Origin: Chlamydiota bacterium
GTDB lineage: Bacteria; Auribacterota; JACPWU01
Assembly: GCA_016196885.1 (NCBI GenBank)
Contig: JACPWU010000002.1
Location: 22,358-86,357, forward strand
DNA: 64,000 bases
Direction: 5' to 3'
Below the pieces are notes generated by a model, which saw only the letters and a list, made by a program, of their open reading frames with translations, was not told the origin of the DNA and made no database searches. This document shows positions 57,710-64,000 of the stretch, one piece after another. The translations under genes and the position numbers were made by a program. Positions within the stretch are counted from its first letter, which is position 1. Each line of letters opens with the position of its first letter.

Positions 57710-57970
57710 TCAGATGCCCAATCGTTTGAACATATCATTTGTATCACGACAGACAATTAAATCTCTCTTTGCATCTGTGTTTGTAAAAGTTTTGAGCGTA
57801 TTCCTGTTGGGAATACTGACATCGAAGGGAAGTCCTCTTCTGAGGGTGATTTGTTTGTAAAATATTGTGACGGCTTGGGAGACTGAAAGTCCAAGCCGGT
57901 GCAGTAATCCTTCTGCCTCATTCTTAAGATGAGGCTCTATTCGCGCATGAATCGTAGCCGTTTTATTCAT
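57710..57970 (-). CDS. RelB/DinJ-family type II antitoxin, orphan
   Basis: Start at internal ATG 57970 (MNKTATIHARIEPHLKNEAEGLLHRLGLSVSQAVTIFYKQITLRRGLPF matches the DinJ consensus). No YafQ/RelE partner fits in the 150 nt before sucC. Confidence 0.55.
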   Translation of the reverse strand: MNKTATIHARIEPHLKNEAEGLLHRLGLSVSQAVTIFYKQITLRRGLPFDVSIPNRNTLKTFTNTDAKRDLIVCRDTNDMFKRLGI

Positions 57971-58071
57971 AGCATATCTCCTTGTTTGCCTTAGGGGAGA
58001 TGTAGCACAACCAGTACACATATGCAAGTGTTTTTGTGCTTTTCCATTGTTGAGACAGGAACCCGAGAATT

Positions 58072-59205
58072 TTATCCTCCCCACATGCGTCGAAAGAATC
58101 CGGCTTTTTTCACTTCCTCTTTTGCTTCTATATTGACACGGGCCAGGGTTTCTTCATCCAGGGTCGCAATATATTGGGCAATGATTTGGCCTTGGGTGAT
58201 GGGGGCTTCGAGTGAAGGGGGGATGAAAATGGAAAGTTTGACTTGGGAGGCCTTGTCTTTGGGGACCATGAAGAAAAGATTGTCACTTGCGATACCCTGA
58301 TCAGAAGAAGGTTTGCCATGATGAATCGGAATGTCGAATACTTGGCCTTTACAGGGAACAACCACATTGGTGAAGCGGTTGAAGCCATCATTCAGAAGTT
58401 GTCTCGTATATTCGGAACGTTCTTTGTTGGTGAGGGCTCCCAAGAGAACAGAAATCAATCTCATGTTTCCCTGTTTGGCTACACCCACCAAGCAATAGAG
58501 GGCCTCGTCGGTATAACCTGTTTTAAGTCCGAGCATGCCAGGATATTTTCCAATCAATTTATTCGTGTTGATGAAACGGTATTTTCCCTGCCGAATAAAG
58601 ATTTGTTTTTGCGATGAATATTGAAAAACTTCTGGGTAATCTCTCCATATGGCCAATGTCAGGCGTACCAGATCACAGGCTGTTGTCGTATCTTTGGGGG
58701 TATCTAGAGCTGGGGGAAGTCCATGGGGGCTTCTGAAAACCGTTTGTTTGAGACCTAAGGTCTTGGCTTTTTCATTCATGAGCTGGACAAAATTTTCCTG
58801 AGAGCCAGAGATCATTTCGGCCAGGGCAGCCGCTGCGTCATTGGCGCTTCCGACAGCGGTTGCTTTCACAAGGTCACGGGCAGAAATTTTTTCACCCTGC
58901 CACATTTTGGCTTCGGATCCGCGAATGGCTGCAATTCTGAGCGGAACGGTGTAAAGGCTGTCCCAGTGAATTTTGCCCTGATGGACGGCTTCGAAGGTGA
59001 GGTAAAGGGTCATGATTTTGGTGAGGCTAGCCGGGGCATGCGGCGCGTCTTTATTTTTTTGGGTTAGAATGTCGCCTGTGTCTGCATTTACGACCAGATA
59101 GGAACTGACAGGAATGTCTGTGCCTTTAGGTTTTAACTCTTTTGCTTGCAAGGAAAAGGGAATGATGCTCAGTAAAAAAAAGATCGAAAGTGTTTGTTTT
59201 TTCAT
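58072..59205 (-). CDS. D-alanyl-D-alanine carboxypeptidase (peptidase S11, PBP5/6-like)
   Basis: Signal peptide; SxxK (ASLTKIMT), SxN (SANDAA), KTG (LKTGYTD). Confidence 0.8.
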   Translation of the reverse strand: MKKQTLSIFFLLSIIPFSLQAKELKPKGTDIPVSSYLVVNADTGDILTQKNKDAPHAPASLTKIMTLYLTFEAVHQGKIHWDSLYTVPLRIAAIRGSEAKMWQGEKISARDLVKATAVGSANDAAAALAEMISGSQENFVQLMNEKAKTLGLKQTVFRSPHGLPPALDTPKDTTTACDLVRLTLAIWRDYPEVFQYSSQKQIFIRQGKYRFINTNKLIGKYPGMLGLKTGYTDEALYCLVGVAKQGNMRLISVLLGALTNKERSEYTRQLLNDGFNRFTNVVVPCKGQVFDIPIHHGKPSSDQGIASDNLFFMVPKDKASQVKLSIFIPPSLEAPITQGQIIAQYIATLDEETLARVNIEAKEEVKKAGFFRRMWGG

Positions 59206-59286
59206 AAATGCACAGTCCTATTTTTGAGGACAGATTCTAACATTTCTTAAAAAAAAGGAAATGATTTTGGGTTTATTTTTTTTATA

Positions 59287-59425
59287 GGCATATGCACTTG
59301 ACTTAAAGATGTCGTCCATTTGTAGTCGCCCCATTTATGGGGCCGTGCCCCTTGCATGGATTGCCCGATAAATCGGGCGACTACGCTTGACGGATCAAGA
59401 ATACTTGAGCCAAGTGCATATGCCT
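59287..59425. repeat. R2 repeat element, copy 2 (TIR ggcatatgcacttg / caagtgcatatgcc) followed by T-run
   Basis: Core as copy 1 with a 13-nt insertion (ccgtgccccttgc). Perfect 14-bp terminal inverted repeat then tttttttttatttttt. Confidence 0.6.
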
Positions 59426-59466
59426 TTTTTTTATTTTTTAAGGGGTTCATATGATATAATGAAAGA

Positions 59467-59862
59467 ATGAGAATGAAGCTGGTTCCTGTTTTGATTCTCG
59501 TAGTGGCGTTAATAGGCTCTTGTAGTCTTTTCTCGGGCCGCTGTTGTGCTGCCCAACAAGAGAAGGGCAATCATCACTCCTGTCATTCTTCTCCTGGTTC
59601 TGAATCTTCTGGAAAATCTAATTTGAGCCCTTGTTGCTGTACCCTTTTTTCTGATCTTCCCAAAATTCCAGAACAAATATTAAGCTCTTTTCATTCAGGG
59701 TTTCTTTCCTTTTTTCAAGGAGAAGTTTTGGTTGAGAGCTTCCAAGGTTTTAAGAATATTTTCTGGGATTCTTTTTCAGATCCTCCACCCTGGGGTGATC
59801 TTCATTTCTACGATCTTGTTTTTTCCTCTCAAGCGCCTCCACAAGCAGCGTTCAGCGTATAG
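59467..59862 (+). CDS. Cys/His-rich lipoprotein (candidate metal-binding) heading the efflux operon
   Basis: Lipobox LIGSC; CCAAQQEKGNHHSCHSS...SPCCC. Confidence 0.45.
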   Translation: MRMKLVPVLILVVALIGSCSLFSGRCCAAQQEKGNHHSCHSSPGSESSGKSNLSPCCCTLFSDLPKIPEQILSSFHSGFLSFFQGEVLVESFQGFKNIFWDSFSDPPPWGDLHFYDLVFSSQAPPQAAFSV

Positions 59863-59930
59863 CGTACAGCGGACAGTAAGAAGGGGTACTTGTTTTTCCT
59901 GTCCGCTGAACGCTGTACGCTGTGCGCTGT
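59846..59930. repeat. CAGCGTACAGCG-family word hairpin, copy 5
   Basis: agcgttcagcgtatagcgtacagcggacag...ctgtccgctgaacgctgtacgctgtgcgctg, overlapping the lipoprotein stop. Confidence 0.55.
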
Positions 59931-59941
59931 GAGTTCTTTTT

Positions 59942-61222
59942 ATGGAGGTATTCTCAATGAAATTTATATTCGTCGTTTTTTTATCATCTCTCTATTTTTC
60001 ATGCGCCTTTGCCGAAGAGAGAGAGAGGCTTTCTTTACCCGCTCTTATCGAGGAAGTTCTTCAAAAGAATCCTGACTTGAAGATGGCCGAGAAAAAATGG
60101 GAGGCTGCCCATGCCCAAATTCTTCAGGCGGGTGTTCTGGAAGATCCGATGTTGGGAGTCGAAGTTGAAGGAATTCCCACCGATACGGTAGATGTGGGAC
60201 GTTACAACGATATTGAATGGAGTTTCTCCCAGAATTTTCCTTTTCCTGGGAAGCTTTCACTCAAGAAAAAAATTGCTTGGGAAGAAGCAGAGAAGGCGCA
60301 TCTTGAATATTTTGAAAAGAAAAATCAAATTGTTGCCGATGTCAAAATGGCATATGTGGATTATGATTTGATGTTTAGAACGATTCAAATCTTGGAAGAC
60401 GATGAGCGGATTTTGAGTCAATTTGAAGAGAGTGCCCGAAGTAAGTATGAAGTAGGCAAAGTCTCTCAACAGGATGTTCTCAAGGCACAGGTTGAGTGGA
60501 CGAAGATTAAAAATCAAATTCTGATTAAGAATCAAGAAAAAGAGACCTTGGCTGCAAGAATCAATATGTTACTCTCCCAGTCGCCTGGAGAATTATTGGG
60601 AGATCCGGAACCTTTGTCTGAAGAGACTTCAGAGTTGGATCTGGATTCACTCCTTTCAAGCGCCTTGGAGGGTCGTCCAGAACTGAAGATGAAAGAAGCT
60701 GAAATAAAAGGGATGGAATGGGCGCTTCGGTTGGCCCGGCGGCAGTATGAACCTGATTTTTTTACAAAACTTGAGAGCCGACAATTTCAAGGAGCAGGAT
60801 TGGAAGAGTATGACGTCATGCTTGGGATGAGCATTCCGTGGCTGTGGACGCGTTCTCGCGTGGAGGGTGCAGTCCAAGAGGCCCGGGCCAATTTAGAGGC
60901 TGCACGAAATGAATACGAAGCAAAAAAATGGGCGATTTTATTTGAGGTTAAAGAATCGTGGGTGAAGGTTCATACCTCTGTCAGTCTGGTTAATCTTTAT
61001 CGGTCCAATATTCTTCCGAAGGCGGATCAAATGATCAAAGTTTCTCAAATAAATTACGAGACGGATAAAATTGATTTTTTAATGCTTTTGGACAGCCTTA
61101 GAACTTTGGTGGCATTTCAATTGGAATATCGAGAGGCGATTGCGGATTATCATAAAAATTCTGCGCAGTTGGAGAGGAGAGTGGGAAAGCAGAATACAGA
61201 ATTCAGAATTCAGAATAAATAA
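59942..61222 (+). CDS. Outer-membrane efflux protein (TolC/CusC/CzcC family)
   Basis: Signal peptide; two-repeat OEP architecture (LSLPALIEEVLQKNPDLK...). Start may be the ATG at 59957. Confidence 0.75.
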   Translation: MEVFSMKFIFVVFLSSLYFSCAFAEERERLSLPALIEEVLQKNPDLKMAEKKWEAAHAQILQAGVLEDPMLGVEVEGIPTDTVDVGRYNDIEWSFSQNFPFPGKLSLKKKIAWEEAEKAHLEYFEKKNQIVADVKMAYVDYDLMFRTIQILEDDERILSQFEESARSKYEVGKVSQQDVLKAQVEWTKIKNQILIKNQEKETLAARINMLLSQSPGELLGDPEPLSEETSELDLDSLLSSALEGRPELKMKEAEIKGMEWALRLARRQYEPDFFTKLESRQFQGAGLEEYDVMLGMSIPWLWTRSRVEGAVQEARANLEAARNEYEAKKWAILFEVKESWVKVHTSVSLVNLYRSNILPKADQMIKVSQINYETDKIDFLMLLDSLRTLVAFQLEYREAIADYHKNSAQLERRVGKQNTEFRIQNK

Positions 61223-61282
61223 GGAGGGGGTTGTTTTTATTCTGAATTCTGGATTCCGACTTCTGAATTCTAAAAAAGGATC
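61196..61282. repeat. Word hairpin CAGAATTCAGAAT / ATTCTGAATTCTG
   Basis: Between the outer-membrane gene and the adaptor gene. Confidence 0.5.
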
Positions 61283-61285
61283 TTT

Positions 61286-62839
61286 ATGAAAACACGTATC
61301 TTTATCATATTGATAGTAGTTTTAGGACTCACGTCTTTTCTTTTGATTTATCGCCATTCTGTTTCTGGTAGGAAGCAGGATTCTTCTGAGAAAGTAGAGA
61401 GTGCGACGTATTACTGTCCCATGCATCCGACCTACACGAGTGATCGGCCGGGGAACTGTCCGATTTGCAACATGACATTGGAGAAGAGAGAAGAAGTTCA
61501 GCCGTCTCCCTCGCAGTCTTTGAATTCAAAAGATATTTGCTTCATGCACAATTGTCCCATGATGAAAGAGGGGGAAACATGCCCCATGATGGTGGTGGCG
61601 AAAGTTGGGGAGAAGGTTACCTGTCCTGTGTGTGGGTCTCATGTTGCACAGGAATCAAAGCAGGGCCCAGAAAAGAAAATTCTTTATTGGACGGATCCGA
61701 TGATGCCGGATTTTCGTTCGGATAAACCCGGCAAGTCGCCTATGGGCATGGACTGGGTCCCTGTTTATGAAGAAGAGGCAGTTGCTGGAGGGGATCATGC
61801 GGCTTCTCCATCAGGATATACCCCCATTCTGGTAAGTCCTCAAAAGATACAGTTGATTGGCGTTAAGACTGTTCTTGCCAAGAAGCAAAATTTAACAAAG
61901 CAAATTCGTACGGTAGGGCGAGTGACAGTGGATGAAACCCGCATCGTTCGTGTTCATCCCAAAGTAGAGGGTTGGGTTGAGGAGATTTTTGCGAAGTATG
62001 AAGGGGATCGGGTGAATAAAGGTCAGCCGCTTTTTTCATTTTACAGCCCTGATTTTGTCTCTGCCCAGGAAGAATATCTTTCGGCTTTGAAAATGCAAAG
62101 TGGGCTTCCCTCGGATGTGTCTAGCGATGCCCGAAGAGATGCCCAGGCCAATGTGGATTCTGCACAGAAGCGTCTTCAATGGTGGGATGTGACGGATGAA
62201 CAAATTGAGGAGTTGAGAAAGCGTCAAGCCCCTCAAAAGACGCTTGTTTTGACGTCTCCTATCGATGGAGTCATTCTCAAGAAAAATGTTTTTGCGGGCC
62301 AGTTTATGGAAAGAGGTGCAGGCTTTTTTGAATTGGCGGATCTTTCGAGCGTGTGGGTGGATGCAGATTTATATGAGTATGATTTGCCTTGGGTCAAGGT
62401 GGGAGAAGAGGGGCGTGTCACATTGCCCAATGATTCCAAGAATGAATGGAGCGGAAAGGTGATTTATGTGGCCCCTCTCTTAAAGGCGGAAACGCGAACC
62501 GCCGTGGCTCGTTTGGAGTTGTCGAATGCGGACAACGTTCTAAAGCCCGAGATGTACGTGACAGTCGAAATCTCTATTGATTTGGGAGAGCGGCTTGTTG
62601 TACCTGCGGAGGCTCTCTTGGATACGGGAGAGCGTAAAATTGTTTTTGTCAGCAAGGAGAATGGAATTTTTGAACCTCGAGAGGTGGTGATGGGGGCAAA
62701 GACGAATAAATCCGTCGAGATTGAAAAAGGGATTGATGAAGGGGAAGTCGTGGTGATCAATGGAAATTTTCTCATTGATTCTGAGAGCAGGTTGAAAGCG
62801 GCGATGGAGGGGATGGGAAGTGGAGAACATCAACATTGA
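61286..62839 (+). CDS. RND efflux periplasmic adaptor (CusB/CzcB-like) with N-terminal repeated metal-binding motifs
   Basis: YYCPMHPTYTSDRPGNCPICNM (the YxCPMHP...CPxCxM heavy-metal-binding-domain motif) plus two further Cys/Met-rich repeats, then MFP beta-barrel/lipoyl regions. Confidence 0.8.
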   Translation: MKTRIFIILIVVLGLTSFLLIYRHSVSGRKQDSSEKVESATYYCPMHPTYTSDRPGNCPICNMTLEKREEVQPSPSQSLNSKDICFMHNCPMMKEGETCPMMVVAKVGEKVTCPVCGSHVAQESKQGPEKKILYWTDPMMPDFRSDKPGKSPMGMDWVPVYEEEAVAGGDHAASPSGYTPILVSPQKIQLIGVKTVLAKKQNLTKQIRTVGRVTVDETRIVRVHPKVEGWVEEIFAKYEGDRVNKGQPLFSFYSPDFVSAQEEYLSALKMQSGLPSDVSSDARRDAQANVDSAQKRLQWWDVTDEQIEELRKRQAPQKTLVLTSPIDGVILKKNVFAGQFMERGAGFFELADLSSVWVDADLYEYDLPWVKVGEEGRVTLPNDSKNEWSGKVIYVAPLLKAETRTAVARLELSNADNVLKPEMYVTVEISIDLGERLVVPAEALLDTGERKIVFVSKENGIFEPREVVMGAKTNKSVEIEKGIDEGEVVVINGNFLIDSESRLKAAMEGMGSGEHQH

Positions 62840-62840
62840 C

Positions 62841-62944
62841 TTCGCGTACTTCGTACATCGTACGTCGTACCTAGAACATCGAACATCGTTTCTTGCGTAG
62901 ATTGTTTTACGAAGTCCGATGTCCGAAGTACGAAGTACCAGGGT
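62841..62944. repeat. GTACTTCG/CGAAGTAC-family word hairpin, copy 3
   Basis: cttcgcgtacttcgtacatcgtacgtcgtacc...cgaagtccgatgtccgaagtacgaagtacc, between the adaptor and RND pump genes. Confidence 0.55.
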
Positions 62945-62951
62945 TAAGCTC

Positions 62952-64000
62952 ATGAATGAATACAAAAAAGAAGGTTTCATCGAGAGACTGATCGAATTTT
63001 CTGCTCGTAATAAATTTCTTATTCTTGCCCTTATTCTTGCGGCGGCAATCGGGGCGGGTTATACCCTTAAAAATATTCCTTTGGATGCGATTCCGGATCT
63101 TTCGGATACCCAGGTGATTGTTTACTCTCGCTGGGATCAGAGCCCCGATATTATTGAAGATCAAGTGACCTATCCCATTGTCACGGCTCTTTTGGGTGCA
63201 CCCAATGTCAAGGCCATTCGGGGGTTCTCTGATTTTGGATTTTCTTATGTCTATGTGATTTTTAAAGATGGAACGGATATTTATTGGGCCCGGAGCCGGG
63301 TTCTCGAATACTTAAGCAAAATTACTGCGAAACTTCCTGAGGGAGTGAAGACCGAGTTGGGTCCGGATGCGACAGGGGTGGGATGGGTGTTTCAATATGC
63401 CTTGGTGGATACTTCTGGGAAACACGATCTCCAGGAGTTGAGGTCGTTTCAGGACTGGTATCTTAGGTACCATCTTCAAAGTGTGCAGGGAGTTTCTGAA
63501 GTGGCGTCCCTGGGGGGATTTGTGAAGCAATATCAGATCACCCTTGATCCCAATAAGCTTTTGGCCTATCACATTCCCATTTCGAAGGTCGTGGAGGCCA
63601 TCCGCAGTGGAAATCAAGAAGTGGGCGGGCGGCTTCTTGAATTTTCCGGGGCAGAGTATATGGTGAGGAGCCGCGGATATGCGAAGTCTATAGAGGATCT
63701 TGAAAAAATTGTAGTGGGGGTTGACTCAAAAGGAACGCCCATTTTGGTGAAGCATGTTGCGAATGTGGCCATGGGGCCGGAGATTCGAAGAGGGCTGGCG
63801 GATTTAGATGGAGAAGGGGACGTAGTAACGGGGACTGTGATTATGAGGTATGGGGAAAATGCCTTAAGGGTGATTGATCGGGTGAAGGGAAAATTAAAAG
63901 AGATGGAGTCTTCTTTTCCGTCAGGGGTCACCTGGAAAGTGACTTATGACCGTTCAGAGCTGATTAAGAAATCCATAGAGACTTTGAAACATCAGTTGAT
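62952..64000 (+). CDS. Heavy-metal efflux RND pump (CusA/CzcA family), 5' part only; continues past the window
   Basis: MNEYKKEGFIERLIEFSARNKFLILALILAAAIGAGYTLKNIPLDAIPDLSDTQVIVY is a canonical HME-RND start. No stop before position 64000. Confidence 0.85.
   Translation, partial: MNEYKKEGFIERLIEFSARNKFLILALILAAAIGAGYTLKNIPLDAIPDLSDTQVIVYSRWDQSPDIIEDQVTYPIVTALLGAPNVKAIRGFSDFGFSYVYVIFKDGTDIYWARSRVLEYLSKITAKLPEGVKTELGPDATGVGWVFQYALVDTSGKHDLQELRSFQDWYLRYHLQSVQGVSEVASLGGFVKQYQITLDPNKLLAYHIPISKVVEAIRSGNQEVGGRLLEFSGAEYMVRSRGYAKSIEDLEKIVVGVDSKGTPILVKHVANVAMGPEIRRGLADLDGEGDVVTGTVIMRYGENALRVIDRVKGKLKEMESSFPSGVTWKVTYDRSELIKKSIETLKHQL

Overview
This is a bacterial chromosomal segment of moderate GC content, read by eye from both strands, with no tools run. 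The backbone is housekeeping: trmB, a Rieske protein, aspC, icd, tRNA-Asp(GTC), ahpC, tRNA-Phe(GAA), ftsB, eno, priA, def-fmt, hemL, sucCD, a D-Ala-D-Ala carboxypeptidase and UDP-sugar dehydrogenase. Accessory blocks are interleaved with it.

- **Candidate biosynthetic operon, 28.7-33.6 kb.** Five same-strand genes: two D-Ala-D-Ala-ligase-like ATP-grasp enzymes, a GNAT, lysine 2,3-aminomutase KamA and a third ATP-grasp. A circularly permuted ATP-grasp lies divergently upstream. This looks like an undescribed beta-lysine-derived small-molecule or peptide pathway.
- **Acyl-reductase cluster, 20.8-25.2 kb.** LuxC-like acyl-CoA reductase, LuxE-like acyl-protein synthetase and a class-III aminotransferase, with a Phd/VapC toxin-antitoxin pair inserted on the opposite strand.
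- **Metal uptake locus, 48.5-53.4 kb.** An FTR1 permease fused to a Cys-rich domain, two FtsX-type permeases, and an ABC ATPase fused C-terminally to a DtxR-like metalloregulator domain.
- **Efflux operon, 59.5-64 kb.** A CusCBA/CzcCBA-like system preceded by a Cys/His-rich lipoprotein.
- **Envelope block, 9.3-15 kb.** An ECF sigma factor, a putative anti-sigma factor, AsmA and a LysM protein.
- **Decay signatures.** A heavily deleted rsmB remnant after def-fmt, with an in-frame TGA at the conserved Trp; a degraded PIN toxin; and two orphan antitoxins, one VapB-like and one DinJ-like.
- **Repeats.** There are at least two MITE-like families: R1 with three copies between 37.5 and 43.7 kb, and R2 with two copies at 40.1 and 59.3 kb. 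A family of CCAATGACC...GGGTCATTCATTTG elements also recurs. Many intergenic long hairpins are built from tandem short words; the GTACTTCG/CGAAGTAC and CAGCGTACAGCG families recur.
- **Other.** A perfect 32-bp palindrome sits in a divergent promoter. A secreted peptide of about 40% tyrosine has its own terminator. There is a 404-aa tandem NDK-domain protein.

No CRISPR array, rRNA or intact mobile-element gene was seen.
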